64,000 nucleotides of DNA, taken from positions 2,026 to 66,025 of the forward strand of contig NIVC01001307.1 in assembly GCA_002269645.1 (NCBI GenBank), in the 5' to 3' direction. The notes under the pieces are model-generated. The model did not search any database. It saw only the letters and a program-made list of their open reading frames with translations, and was not told the DNA's origin. A program made the position numbers and the translations under genes. This document shows, in pieces, positions 28,093 to 43,969 of the stretch. Position 1 is the stretch's first letter. The number at the start of each line of letters is the position of its first letter. Source of the stretch: Macrostomum lignano (Eukaryota).

Positions 28093-29343
28093 TTGGGTTG
28101 TTAGGAAAGTTCTGTCCGTTTTTTTATTTTTCTATGCAGAGGATCATGAAGCTGTGTTGGATCCAATACTTGTGTATGCATATACAGCCAGAGTTGTGGT
28201 CATTCTAACCAAGTCATTTGCTTTTCAGCGCCCAATTATGGCCAGAAATTTTGAATTAAACAGCATCGCTCTAAGGCAGTGCATGCTATATGATTTTCTA
28301 GCAGGTATTACAGCAGCCGAATCGACTCGACGCCTGTGCAGTGCATTTGGCCAGGATGCTGTCTCTGACCGCACAGCCCGTCGTTGGTTTGATCGCTTTC
28401 GCAGCGGCGACTACAGCCTTGCTGACGAACCTCGCCCTGGACGCCCATCTGAGATAGACACTGAGCTGCTGCGGACACTTGTGGAGGCCAATCCGCACCA
28501 GACTACACGAGAGCTGGCAGCCACTCTTGGGTGCTCCCATGTGCAAGTCGCTGAACACCTGGCTGCCATGGGCAAGAAAAGCAAGCTCGGACAGTGGACC
28601 CCCCATGACCTGACTGACAGGGACCGTCAAAGCCGAGCAGACATTTGCACCTCACTGCTCTCCTACAAGAGAACAACAGACTGGCTGGCCTCAATACTCA
28701 CTGGCGATGAGAAGTGGGTGATGTACGTTAATATACACCGCAAGCGCCAGTGGGTTGATGCCGGCAAACCGCCACAGCCAGAGCCAAAGGCCCCACTGCA
28801 CCCTAAGAAGGTGATGCTCTGCTGTTGGTGGGACAGTGAAGGAGTTGTATACTTCGAGCTGCTGCCGCCCAACACCAGCATCACCGCCGAGCTCTACTGT
28901 AACCAGCTGCAGAATGTGGCCGACTGCCTCCGCACACAGCGTCCAGGGCGTCAGCATGTTCGCTTCCTTCATGACAACGCTCGGCCGCACACCGCCAATT
29001 TGACCCGACAAAAGCTGCTGGATCTGGGCTGGGAAGTGCTGCCCCACCCACCGTACAGCCCCGATCTGGCCCCTACAGACTACCATCTTTTTCGAGCACT
29101 GCACCATCATCTGAAAGAGAAAACGTTTGAAGATGACAAAGGGGTCAAGGACTGCATTACTAACTTTTTTGAATCACAGCCCAAGGATTTCTACAGAGCT
29201 GGCATCCAAAGTCTGCCCTCTCGTTGGCAGAGGGTCATCGATTGCGATGGCAATTATTTTACTGAGTAACACTGCTGCATTCCTATAAAAACTCGCTACA
29301 ACATATTTTAGTCAAAACGGACAGAACTTTCCTAACAGCCCAA
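28093..29343 (+). mobile_element. Full-length mariner (DD34D) DNA transposon, 1251 bp
   Basis: 30-bp TIRs (28093-28122 and 29314-29343, one mismatch) and TA duplication (28091-92 and 29344-45). Confidence 0.97.
28238..29269 (+). CDS. Mariner transposase, 343 aa, intact
   Basis: HTH region, WTPHDL, TGDEKW, HDNARPH, YSPDLAPTDY; 34 residues between the second and third Asp. ATG at 28238 preferred over the upstream GTG. Confidence 0.95.
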   Translation: MARNFELNSIALRQCMLYDFLAGITAAESTRRLCSAFGQDAVSDRTARRWFDRFRSGDYSLADEPRPGRPSEIDTELLRTLVEANPHQTTRELAATLGCSHVQVAEHLAAMGKKSKLGQWTPHDLTDRDRQSRADICTSLLSYKRTTDWLASILTGDEKWVMYVNIHRKRQWVDAGKPPQPEPKAPLHPKKVMLCCWWDSEGVVYFELLPPNTSITAELYCNQLQNVADCLRTQRPGRQHVRFLHDNARPHTANLTRQKLLDLGWEVLPHPPYSPDLAPTDYHLFRALHHHLKEKTFEDDKGVKDCITNFFESQPKDFYRAGIQSLPSRWQRVIDCDGNYFTE

Positions 29344-29889
29344 TACACAGCTTCAGATTCCAGCATCCATCACAATATCCATAGCCAAGTCCAGTTGGCT
29401 ACACAGACTCCTCTCTCTACTCCAGTTCATGCAAATTAATCACATTTCAGACCCGCCGTCCTTGACAACCGCGGCTGTTACCCCATGCTCATGCGTACAT
29501 TAAGCTCCACAGCCAAGCATCAGCGAGCACTCAGACTGGTTGCATGCATGCATTAATCTAATATGGATGGCGTTGCGCTTTCGCATAAGCTTTCGCTGGG
29601 CTAATTTATAGCGAAAGATATACGTGAAAGAGTGCACGGGTAATTATAATCGTAGATCCATTATCCCGCACTGCTCTCCCCCATAATGCGGCAGCAGAAG
29701 ACTCGCGTACATTTCACGGACTCAAAAAACACTCTGATATGCATTATTTAACTTTTCAATATTTGAGTACCTACTCAAATAAATTAACGATAGTAGTCTC
29801 GAGTTAGAAAATTTTATGATTGGATGAGCCGCAGAGAAATTAGCAGGTAGCTGAAACATCATTAGTGAGTACTCCATTAGGGCCTCCAC

Positions 29890-30460
29890 TGCGCTTCAAC
29901 CCCAACCCACTTATTTTTATGGTCTCCACTGCCCTTCAACCCCCACCCACCCACTTATTTTTATGGCTTCCAATGCCTCTCAGCTCCCCACCCACTTATT
30001 TTTATGGCTTCCAATGCCTCTCAGCTCCCCACCCACTTATTTTTATGGCCTCCACTGCCCTTCAACCCCAACCCACTCACTTATTTTAATGGCCTCCACT
30101 GCCCTTCAACCCCCACCTACTTATTTTTATGGCTTCCAATGCCCCTCAGCCCCCACCCACTTACTTTTATGGCCTCCACTGCCCTTCAACCCCCACCCAC
30201 CCACTTATTTTTATGGCCTCTACTGCCTCTCAACCCTGGGGACCCACTTATTTTAATGGCCTTTACTGTCCCTTAACGCCCCCCACCCACAATTATTTCA
30301 TGGCTTCCAATGCCCCTCAACCCCCACCCACATTTTTATGGCCTCCACTACCCTCCAACCTCCATCCCACCCACATCCCACCCACATACCCGCACCAACT
30401 TAGATATTTTTATGGCCTCCACTGCCCCCCACCCCCACCAACTTATTTTAATGGCATCCA
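29890..30460. repeat. Degenerate ~40-bp minisatellite (CCACTTATTTTTATGGCCTCCACTGCCC...)
   Basis: Recurrent units. Confidence 0.85.
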
Positions 30461-31069
30461 ATGCAAACCCACTTCATATGGCCTTTGCTGCCCCTCCACC
30501 GCAAGCCTACTTGTTTTTCATGGCCTCTAATGCCTCTACCTATCTACCAAATCATCTACCCCCACTCCCAACCCACTCCATAACCTCCGATGTCCCTCTA
30601 CCCCTCACTCACCCCACTTCTACCCCACAGTGCCTTAATCCTCAATGTCCTCCGCCCCTACCAATCCTATTGGGCAGTGAGCCAATACCAACCCCTGGCC
30701 TATTCCTCCCTTAGAGCCTTCCTCTCCTCCGAGGTTATTAATATCCCTTTCAGGCGAGACTCTGTACTTGAACATGACCCCTACCCAAGGCCTCAATCGG
30801 TCGCATTTTTGTCCCAATTCTGCTAGCGAAACTTCCCGCCAGTAATTCTTCTGCATCAGCAGTTGTCAATAATATTTTTAATGAACAGGCCGGGACAGAA
30901 ACTCTGATCGCAACTGACTCAGAGGTGAGTTATGAGACCTTTGAGCACTATAAATTGCTTTGGTATTCGAAACTCTCAGAACAGTTAAGGGGAATTCTAT
31001 ACATGGGGTTTGATAGATGGGATTTGATAGACGGCATTTGATGGATTGGATTCAACAAGAGGGATCTCG

Positions 31070-32790
31070 TGAATGGGATTCAATAGATGGGATTCAATAG
31101 ATGGGATTCAATAGATGGGATTCAACAGATGGGATTCAATAGATGGGATTCAATAGTTGGGATTCAAAAGATGGGATTCAATAGATGGGATTCAACAGAT
31201 GGGATTCAATAGATGGGATTCAATAGTTGGGATTCAAAAGATGGGATTCAATAGATGGGATTCAACAAGAGGGATCTCGTGAATGGGATTCAATAGATGG
31301 GATTCAATAGATGGGATTCAATAGATGGGATTCAATAGATGGGATTCAATAGATGGGATTCAATAGATTGGATTTGATGGACGGGATTTGATGGATTGAA
31401 TTCAACAAGAGGGATCTCGTGGATGGGATTCAATAGATGGGATTCAATAGATGGGGTTCAATAGATGGGATTCAATAGATGGGATTCAACAGATGGGATT
31501 CAATAGATGGGATTCAACAGATGGGATTCAATAGATGGGATTCAATAGTTGGGATTCAAAAGATGGGATTCAATAGATGGGATTCAACAGATGGGATTCA
31601 ATAGATGGGATTCAATAGTTGGGATTCAAAAGATGGGATTCAATAGATGGGATTCAACAAGAGGGATCTCGTGAATGGGATTCAATAGATGGGATTCAAT
31701 AGATGGGATTCAATAGATGGGATTCAATAGATGGGATTCAATAGATGGGATTCAATAGATGGGATTCAATAGATGGGATTCAATAGATGGGATTCAATAG
31801 ATTGGATTTGATGGACGGGATTTGATGGATTGAATTCAACAAGAGGGATCTCGTGGATGGGATTCAATAGATGGGATTCAATAGATGGGGTTCAATAGAT
31901 GGGATTCAACAAGAGGGATCTCGTGAATGGGATTCAATAGATGGGATTCAATAGATGGGATTCAATAGATGGGATTCAATAGATGGGATTCAATAGATGG
32001 GATTCAATAGATTGGATTTGATGGACGGGATTTGATGGATTGAATTCAACAAGAGGGATCTCGTGGATGGGATTCAATAGATGGGATTCAATAGATGGGA
32101 TTCAATAGATGGGATTCAATAGATGGGATTCAATAGATTGGATTTGATGGACGGGATTTGATGGATTGATTTCAACAAGAGGGATCTCGTGGATGGGATT
32201 CAATAGATGGGATTCAATAGATGGGATTCCATAGATGGGATTCAACAGATGGGATTCAATAGATGGGATTCAATAGATGGGATTCAATAGATGGGATTCA
32301 ATAGATGGAATTCAACAGATGGGATTCAATAGATGGGATTCAATAGATGGAATTCAACAGATGGGATTCAATAGATGGAATTCAACAGATGGGATTCAAT
32401 AGATGGGATTCAATAGATGGGATTCAATAGATGGGATTCAATAGATGGGATTCAATAGATGAGATTCAATAGATGGGATTCCATAGATGGGATTCAATAG
32501 ATGGGATTCAGCAGATGGGATTCAATAGATGGGATTCAATAGATGGGATTCAATAGATGGGATTCAATAGATAGGATTCAATAGATGGGATTCAATAGAT
32601 GGGATTCAATAGATGGAATTCAACAGATGGGATTCAATAGATGGAATTCAACAGATGGGATTCAATAGATGGGATTCAATAGATGGGATTCAATAGATGG
32701 GATTCAATAGATGGGATTCAATAGATGAGATTCAATAGATGGGATTCAATAGATAGGATTCAATAGATGGGATTCAATAGATGGGATTTG
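31070..32790. repeat. 15-bp satellite (GATGGGATTCAATAG) with periodic variant blocks
   Basis: Tandem units with a recurring CAACAAGAGGGATCTCGTG variant. Confidence 0.95.
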
Positions 32791-33425
32791 ATAAATGAGG
32801 GTTAATTTCGCACAGCCTTAGATGGGATATTTATGATACATTTCAGCCCAGCAAATACCGTTATGAAGGCAAATAGAAGTGAAGCTAAGATGTAGTGAAA
32901 GTTTCGCCAAAGTAGCAGAATCCAATTTGCAACCTTGCTAATACTTGCTGACTTGCTGTATGCTTTGCCTCAATTCCCAGAGAGGCTCCCCAGTGCAATT
33001 CGGGCCATGGCAAGCCCGGGTCAGGCGGCAGCTGCTGTAGCCTTTAGTTCTTTTTGTGTCTGAAAAATTTCACAGTTTTTCTCTCTCTCGCCTATTCGAC
33101 CTTCGACTTCTATCTTCACAGTTTCGCCAGCTGTGTATTCTGTGTATTAGAGGCCGAAAATCCTTTTAGAGCTTTTGGGGTCCATTGAAGGCTGATATTT
33201 TATGCCAACAGCTTTCTGGCTTGTGTTGCTAATGGGGACGTGGGTGGACATATTGAGTGTGCACTTTTAGCACTACATGTGGGCAAAATTGACCTTTAAC
33301 TTTTTTTCTACTGTCCAAGGGTGCTGCTTAACATCTGTTCAAAATTTTATGTCAACGGGAACTTTTTGAAAACTCACAAGCTCTTGTCTACATAAAGAAT
33401 CTAATTATAATCAACTCGAGGGAGA

Positions 33426-33725
<300 letters not shown>

Positions 33726-34464
33726 GGGTAGAGTAGGGTCTGAGGAAGGTAGAGTAGAGTGCGGTGAAGCTAAAGTGGAGTGTGGGGAAGGTAGAGTAGA
33801 GTGTGGAGAAGGTAGAGTAGAGTTTGGGGAAGTTAGAGTAGACTGCGGTGACGGTAAAGTAGAGCTCAGAGAAATACAAAGCAGGTAAGAGCACATCCTT
33901 GACCATTCGCCAACAGTACCGATCTGATTTATATTCCGTGGGTCTCTCCTAGGCAGTTAAGGCGAGTCAGTCAGATTTTTATCTCGAGACCAGGAAGGGC
34001 AGAAGGATAGAGAAATAAGGGGGAGTAGAAGCGAGGGAACAAATATCCCAACCCTTCGCGCGCGGATCAACAAATCAATCATTCGATCAGGAGAAGGGCC
34101 GAACAGAAAGCCCAATTTCTTGCGGCGACTTTCCGACTGCAGGCGGCCGCCGCTGCTCTCCATCCTCTCTGAGCTGCCCGGCCTGATCGCTGACTGCCAG
34201 CTGCTGATTGAGCCGCTTCGGCAGGAACCGAAAAAATCAGATGTGTTTGCGTGAGCCGAGGTCGAAGCAGTTGCTGTCTGCTGCCCCCATGGGCTGGAAA
34301 TGAAGTGCAGCGATTATATATATTGGTATATATACTGGTGGGACAGGCGCCCGTGCCGGCCAGGAAATATGGGGTGCGACTGTTGTTGGATGCACTCTAA
34401 ACTTTGGACTGTGCGGCTTTGCACGTCCGGACTCCGAACTGATGAGATAAAAGTAGATGGATTA

Positions 34465-36190
<1,726 letters not shown>

Positions 36191-36884
36191 TATTGTCTGC
36201 AGGGGCCTTGTTCTATTACTTGGATGAGGCCTGTTCCGTCCCGGATGTTAGGAGGGCTGGTGAAGACTTGCTGGCTTTGAAACGGAAGGAACTAGTATAG
36301 CTATTATTTTTAGTCTAGAATCCGTTATTATCATAATGGCAAATGGGAAGTACATGGCAAAATAATTTTGTCTCACCGAAAGTAGGAGCAGAACATAACC
36401 ATAAATTCTTTTAAAACTTTTCTGCTAACATAGTTGAGATGAAATTGCGCTATTGTGCAGCAATTATAACACATGGAAATAGTTGAGGTGAACTACGGCT
36501 TAAACAGAGATTTAGTGCCTGCATGATCAGCTGACACCTGCAGCCAGGCTAGGTAGTGTCACGTGACACGATAATTTCGATCAGCTAAAAACAGCGCCCA
36601 AGAAAATTTTGCTGATCGTCACAAATTTGGGGTTGCAGGATGGAGATAAGGATATGCTAGTTGGAATTGTCACGACTGGATGTGCCTTGTTCTCTGTTTT
36701 GGAAAGAAATGCAATATTTGATTAGTCACTAATTAACCAAAAAGTTTTTTTGGCGTAGAAGTTACAGATACTCAAATTTCGTTGTTTGCTTGATTTTGCA
36801 AAGATAAAGATAATTAATTTTTTAACAAGCACCAAAATTGGTTTCATTGGACGTCACTCAATAAGAGCTTATATTGGCGATTAA

Positions 36885-37150
36885 AATGGGCTTATATACT
36901 ACAAAACAGGATAATTTACACGCTAAATTGGGCTTATAGACTACAAAACAGGATTATGTACATGCTAAATTGGGCTTATAGACTACAAAATAGGATTATG
37001 TACACGCTAAATTGGGCTTATATACTACAAAATAGGATTATGTACACGCTAAATTGGGCTTATATACTACAAAATAGGATTATGTATACACGCTAAATTG
37101 GGGTTATATACTACAGAATAGGATTATGTACACACTAAACTGGGCTTACC
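36885..37150. repeat. ~41-bp minisatellite
   Basis: AAATTGGGCTTATATACTACAAAATAGGATTATGTACACGCT-type units. Confidence 0.85.
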
Positions 37151-37475
37151 AGACCTCGTATAGCAGCAGAATTGGAGCCGTAAAAGTCTAGACAATGCAT
37201 GAATAAGGGTATTATAACTTCTAGTCGGCCCTTTGACGTTTCAAGCCTCAAAGTAGTCCGTGTTCGTCGTGCTGAACAATAAAAATATTGAATTTTGAGC
37301 TCCTTCCAGACTTTGCTAACCCTCCTTAAAATGCCTTACATGTAGGCGATAGCAGCTGCACGATACAGCGATATGTTTCGAGTGTGAAAAGGACACGAAT
37401 CTGAGACATTTGGTAAAGTTGGACTAGTACACTCGCTCCCTTGAGGGGTCTGAATAAAGACATATTTCGTATTTC

Positions 37476-39915
37476 AGTGAGTGTTTGTGTCAGTATCTGT
37501 GTCAGCTAGTGCATATGTCAGTGAGTGTTTGTGTCAGTATCTGTGTCAGCTAGTGCATATGTCAGTGAGTGTTTGTGTCAGTATCTGTGTCAGCTAGTGC
37601 ATATGTCAGTGAGTGTTTGTGTCAGTATCTGTGTCAGCTAGTGCATATGTCAATGAGTGTTTGTGTCAGTATCTGTGTCAGCTAGTGCATATTTCAGTGA
37701 GTGTTTGTGTCAGTATCTGTGTCAGCTAGTGCATATGTCAGTGAGTGTTTGTGTCAGTATCTGTGTCAGCTAGTGCATATGTCAGTGAGTGTTTGTGTCA
37801 GTATCTGTGTCAGCTAGTGCATATTTCAGTGAGTGTTTGTGTCAGTATCTGTGTCAGCTAGTGCATATGTCAGTGAGTGTTTGTGTCAGTATCTGTGTCA
37901 GCTAGTGCATATGTCAGTGAGTGTTTGTGTCAGTATCTGTGTCAGCTAGTGCATATGTCAGTGAGTGTTTGTGTCAGTATCTGTGTCAGCTTGTGCATAT
38001 TTCAGTGAGTGTTTGTGTCAGTATCTGTGTCAGCTTGTGCATATGTCAGTGAGTGTTTGTGTCAGTATCTGTGTCAGCTTGTGCATATTTCAGTGAGTGT
38101 TTGTGTCAGTATCTGTGTCAGCTAGTGCATATGTCAGTGACTGTTTGTGTCAGTATCTGTGTCAGCTTGTGCATATGTCAGTGAGTGTTTGTGTCAGTAT
38201 CTGTGTCAGCTAGTGCATATTTCAGTGAGTGTTTGTGTCAGTATCTGTGTCAGCTAGTGCATATGTCAGTGAGTGTTTGTGTCAGTATCTGTGTCAGCTT
38301 GTGCATATGTCAGTGAGTGTTTGTGTCAGTATCTGTGTCAGCTAGTGCATATGTCAGTGAGTGTTTGTGTCAGTATCTGTGTCAGCTTGTGCATATTTCA
38401 GTGAGTGTTTGTGTCAGTATCTGTGTCAGCTAGTGCATATGTCAGTGAGTGTTTGTGTCAGTATCTGTGTCAGCTAGTGCATATTTCAGTGAGTGTTTGT
38501 GTCAGTATCTGTGTCAGCTAGTGCATATGTCAGTGAGTGTTTGTGTCAGTATCTGTGTCAGCTAGTGCATATGTCAGTGAGTGTTTGTGTCAGTATCTGT
38601 GTCAGCTAGTGCATATGTCAGTGAGTGTTTGTGTCAGTATCTGTGTCAGCTTGTGCATATTTCAGTGAGTGTTTGTGTCAGTATCTGTGTCAGCTTGTGC
38701 ATATGTCAGTGAGTGTTTGTGTCAGTATCTGTGTCAGCTTGTGCATATTTCAGTGAGTGTTTGTGTCAGTATCTGTGTCAGCTAGTGCATATGTCAGTGA
38801 GTGTTTGTGTCAGTATCTGTGTCAGCTTGTGCATGTCAGTGAGTGTTTGTGTCAGTATCTGTGTCAGCTTGTGCATATTTCAGTGAGTGTTTGTGTCAGT
38901 ATCTGTGTCAGCTAGTGCATATGTCAGTGAGTGTTTGTGTCAGTATCTGTGTCAGCTTGTGCATATTTCAGTGAGTGTTTGTGTCAGTATCTGTGTCAGC
39001 TAGTGCATATGTCAGTGAGTGTTTGTGTCAGTATCTGTGTCAGCTAGTGCATATGTCAGTGAGTGTTTGTGTCAGTATCTGTGTCAGCTAGTGCATATGT
39101 CAGTGAGTGTTTGTGTCAGTATCTGTGTCAGCTTGTGCATATTTCAGTGAGTGTTTGTGTCAGTATCTGTGTCAGCTAGTGCATATGTCAGTGAGTGTTT
39201 GTGTCAGTATCTGTGTCAGCTAGTGCATATGTCAGTGAGTGTTTGTGTCAGTATCTGTGTCAGCTTGTGCATATTTCAGTGAGTGTTTGTGTCAGTATCT
39301 GTGTCAGCTAGTGCATATGTCAGTGAGTGTTTGTGTCAGTATCTGTGTCAGCTTGTGCATATTTCAGTGAGTGTTTGTGTCAGTATCTGTGTCAGCTAGT
39401 GCATATGTCAGTGAGTGTTTGTGTCAGTATCTGTGTCAGCTAGTGCATATGTCAGTGAGTGTTTGTGTCAGTATCTGTGTCAGCTTGTGCATATTTCAGT
39501 GAGTGTTTGTGTCAGTATCTGTGTCAGCTTGTGCATATTTCAGTGAGTGTTTGTGTCAGTATCTGTGTCAGCTAGTGCATATGTCAGTGAGTGTTTGTGT
39601 CAGTATCTGTGTCAGCTAGTGCATATGTCAGTGAGTGTTTGTGTCAGTATCTGTGTCAGCTTGTGCATATTTCAGTGAGTGTTTGTGTCAGTATCTGTGT
39701 CAGCTTGTGCATATTTCAGTGAGTGTTTGTGTCAGTATCTGTGTCAGCTTGTGCATATTTCAGTGAGTGTTTGTGTCAGTATCTGTGTCAGCTTGTGCAT
39801 ATTTCAGTGAGTGTTTGTGTCAGTATCTGTGTCAGCTAGTGCATATGTCAGTGAGTGTTTGTGTCAGTATCTGTGTCAGCTATAGTGCATATGTCAGTGA
39901 GTGTTTGTGTCAGCT
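37476..39915. repeat. 44-bp satellite (TCAGTGAGTGTTTGTGTCAGTATCTGTGTCAGCTAGTGCATATG)
   Basis: Highly homogeneous tandem array. Confidence 0.97.
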
Positions 39916-39995
39916 AGTGGCAGTAATAACAGTGCATTTCATCTTAACTGCCATAATGCCTGCTCCTAACACCCCAGCAACCGAAGTAAATCACC

Positions 39996-41720
39996 ATGAC
40001 AACCAATCTCAGCGTCAATGGCAGCAATGCGTCGGTATCCATGGAGGACGTCCAGCAAAAGTACATGGGCACGTTGACCTATCCAATTTTGCAAGCGTTC
40101 CTCGCCTACAGTATGCCAATTGTGGTCCTACTAGGCCTCTTTGGTGAGTGAAAATTGCAACATAATTTGCTTTCCACCTACTATCAGTAGCGTTCGTTAA
40201 CTTGTTTTTTTTCACACTATTGCTACTAAAGTCTATAATGTTTCGTCATCGACGCTAGATAAAAAAGTTAGTGCAAATCCTTTTTGTAAAAAAAGTAATT
40301 TTGATTTCGTAAAGTAATTTGATGCCTGACGATTAGACAGTCAGGGCCGCTGTACACTCTGTGTGAGCGTGTGCATGAGTGCCGTGCCTGAGTACAGTAC
40401 TGGCGCGCTTGTGTGTGCTCAGGAGTCAGCCGGATGGGCAGAATTGCCTCAGCGGATGATGTCGCCGAAGGCGTTTCGCCAGGTTGTTTACAACCTAAAG
40501 TAAATTGAAGTTACTTTCTATGAATTTGCAAATAAATTGTCCCACCGGACATTTTCCCGACTAATTTTCTCTTAGGCAACTTCGTAGCATTCGTGTTGCT
40601 CAAAAACTCGGCACTGCGCAGCACTGCTCATTTCTACCTGTGCGCCCTGACCGTGTGCGACTCACTCACCCTGCTCAGCATGCTGAGCTCCATCTGGGTC
40701 GGAGCAGTGCTCGAGGGTCATTTGCATCAGATGGGCTGGCAGGTCGACTGGCTGCAGGCCGGAACCCGCCAGATCAGCCTGTGCCGCGCCCGCCTCTACG
40801 CCACTTTCGTCTGTCGGACTGTCAGCACCTGGACGGTGGCCGTGTTCTCCTGGGAGCGCTGCCTGGCCGTCTGGCGCCCAATGCGCTTCGAAGGCGCCGC
40901 GGTAGGCTGGCGCTCCGGCCTGGTGCTACTCGGCCTGGTGGCCACTGCAGCGGCCGTCAACTCTTACGTCATCCCGGGTCTCCAGCCCAACGACGCCGGC
41001 CTCTGCCGAGCCAACCGGCTGTTCCGCATTGGCCGCAACGTCTCCTTGCTGATGCAGTCGCTGGCGCCCTGGCTTCTGGTGCTCGTCAGCAACTGCCTCA
41101 TCGTTTGCACTCTGCGCAGAGGGCGGGCGGCCGCCTCGGCTGCCACCACTGCCGCCGCCGCCGCAGTCACCACCACCGCCACCGCGGCTTCTCCGGGCAG
41201 CAGCGAGGAGGCTGTGCTGATGCGCACTCTCCAGCCACATCGTCAACGGCACCGCAGGCACCAGCGTGGCTTCACCTACCGTCTGGTAGCCGTCTCCTTC
41301 GCTTTCTTGGTGAACACCTCGCTGCTGACCGTGTGCACCGTGTGGACAACAGTCGCTGAGCTGATTGAGCCTGACAGCCAAACGGAGCGGAATCTCCTTC
41401 GCGACACCTTCTGGCTGATCAGCTTTCTGCCGTTTACAGCGAATTTCGCGTCTACCTGCCCGCTCTACTGCTTGGCTGGGCGGAAGTTCCGGCGCGCGGC
41501 CCGGCTGCTGGTCACCTGCCGGCTGCAGCAGATGCGCCTCGCCCGCCAACTGCTGGATCCAAGCCGGCCGACGTCCGGCCTGCGGGCCACCGCGGTGACC
41601 AACGCGAGTGCAAGACCGCGTTCAGATTCGAGCCAGACCGCGGCAGAAAGTCGGAGGCGTCAGCAGCAGCAGACGGCGTCACAGTCGAGAGGGTACGGTC
41701 AATTGACAATGCGTTCTTAA
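39996..41720 (+). CDS. Class A (rhodopsin-like) GPCR, probable peptide receptor, 2 exons, ~430 aa
   Basis: Exon 1 39996-40143 (MTTNLSVNGSNAS with N-glycosylation sequons, TM1 ...LLGLFG) splices phase 1 to exon 2 40576-41720 (GNFVAF, YLCALTVCDSL, FSWERCLAVWRP, TM7 NFASTCPLYCLAGRKFR). Confidence 0.88.
40340..40470 (+). mobile_element. SINE body fragment in the GPCR intron
   Basis: Shares CTGTACACyCTGTGTGAGC and ATGGGCAGAATTGCCT with the SINE at 44269-44425 and the copy at about 50125-50260. Confidence 0.55.
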
Positions 41721-41774
41721 CGAATCCTCTTTCGAAAACTTGGGATGGTCTTAAACCTATCTATCCGAAAAGTC

Positions 41775-42425
41775 TGTGGCCTTTGGGGCGGATTGTCATC
41801 AGTACAGTCTATGGTCTGACGGGATTGTCATCAGGATAGTCTATGGTCTGACGGGATTGTCATCAGGACAGTCTATGGTCTGGGCGGATTGTCATCAGGA
41901 CAGTATGGTCTGGGCGGATTGTCATCAGGACAGTCTATGGTTCTGGGCGGATTGTCATCAGGACAGTCTATGGTCTGACGTGATTGTCATCAGGACAGTC
42001 TATGGTCTGGGCGGATTGTCATCAGGACAGTCTATGGTCTGGGCGGATTGTCATCAGGACAGTCTATGGTCTGACGGGATTGTCATCAGGACAGTCTATG
42101 GTCTGACGGGATTGTCATCAGGACACAGTCTATGGTCTGACGGGATTGTCATCAGGACAGTCTATGGTCTGGGGGGATTGTCATCAGGACAGTCTATGGT
42201 CTGACGGGATTGTCATCAGGACACAGTCTATGGTCTGACGGGATTGTCATCAGGACAGTCTATGGTCTGGGGGGATTGTCATCAGGACAGTATGGTGTGG
42301 GCGGATTGTCATCAGGACAGTCTATGGTCTGGGGGGATTGTCATCAGGACAGTCTATGGTCTGGGGGGATTGTCATCAGGACAGTCTATGGTCTGGGGGG
42401 ATTGTCATCAGGACAGCTAGTCTAT
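41775..42425. repeat. Minisatellite (CTATGGTCTGnCGGATTGTCATCAGGACAGT-type)
   Basis: Direct tandem units. Confidence 0.92.
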
Positions 42426-43969
42426 GGTGATGGTTAGAGCCGCTGCAGAATCAATATCAGAACTTGGCTACTGCATTTAAATTCTTAACTTAATTCTTAA
42501 AGACTTTCATCTTAAACAGCCACCAACCAACCGCTCCGACAGATCCTTATCTGGCAGCATGTATTCCGGCTGTCAACAACGACAGAAACAGCTGTTGTCA
42601 AGTCGTTCAAAAAGTGCAGCAACAGCGGACGAGCTCGAATTTTTTAGTCCGAAACAGCAAGCAGCTTAACAAGAGCACATGGATGCAACAGTATGAATTT
42701 AGGCAAATTTTCATTTTAATTAATTTCAAAATAAATAAGATACAAAGGCAATTACTGTTTGCTTTGACAAGATCAAGTTTGATGCAGTTTCTTCTCTTAT
42801 TTTCCGAAGAGAAAATAAAATAGAAAATGGAAAACCAATGTTTTATGCTGTTTATATTACTAGTATTAAGTAGGCGTGCTAGCAAAATAATTTAAATTTA
42901 TCTATAAAGCAACAGGGGAAATAACTATTAGATTTCTTGTCTGAAATTTCATAAGGGACAGAGAGGGACACGGGGAACAGTAGGCAAAAGGCAAAAATTT
43001 CGACTGCAACCTGCACTCGTTAATTTGATTTAAAAATTAGCTGGAGACGCAAAACATTCCAGCATGTGCTGGATTATATTACTTAATTAGTAGAAAAAAG
43101 CGGACATGAACGGTATAAATTATTTTGTTTCCGAAATATGGATTGGGTTTTATTGGCTTGTTTTGGCAAATGGCAGCACTACTTCTTGATCGTATATACA
43201 CTACTACTGAAGTAGTTCAGCAGAACATGATTAACTGACAAGAACAAATTCTAACACACAATTAGCATCCCTATGAAAATAGTACTGCTTTGTAACCTGA
43301 CAATTTTGGGGTGAGAGAAAGAGGAACAAGCATATTAACTGTCTAACACGATGTAATTATCTCAAGGCACAATTAAAACGTCAGTTTTTTCCAAAGGATG
43401 TTAGGCTAAAATATGTATATGTATGCATGTGTATATTGTTTTTGATCATTTAAAATAGACACGCATTCAAACGGCGTATTATCAGCATGCAAATTTATGC
43501 GGGGCATGGAAACACAAGGGTAACAGGGGAGGCAGTTTATGTATATATATATATATATTAGGCAACAATTTTTATTCAACATTGTATAATGAACCGCTCC
43601 GCAGCTCACGAACTCGAGTGTGCATTAGTATGATTATATTCTCGAGTGCAGAAAAACAAGTAAGACCTGATTGATTAAATTAATTTTATTGATAAATTAG
43701 CTTAACAAAGCAGAGTTTAGGAAAAAAATAGGGGATGTATGTTTAGTGAAGCACCCAGACTTATGGCTTGAAAAAGAGTGACTTTCCTGGGGGCCAACAA
43801 CAATCGTAATTGCTTGTGAATCATCTAATTTATTTATAGTTATTTTGATAATAGAGTATTAAGTTGGGCCTCGCTCCAGAGCAGGAAAGTGCACTTCCAA
43901 CTGTAATCTATGTATGCTTAAAACAAGATGGCGCGGGCTATCAGTTAAAAAAGTACATTGTGCTCGGGT

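Larger units (their letters stand above)
27150..29365. repeat. 23-bp satellite (TACACAGCTTCAGATTCCAGCAT) interrupted by mariner
   Basis: The array runs to 28092 and resumes in register at 29344. Confidence 0.92.
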
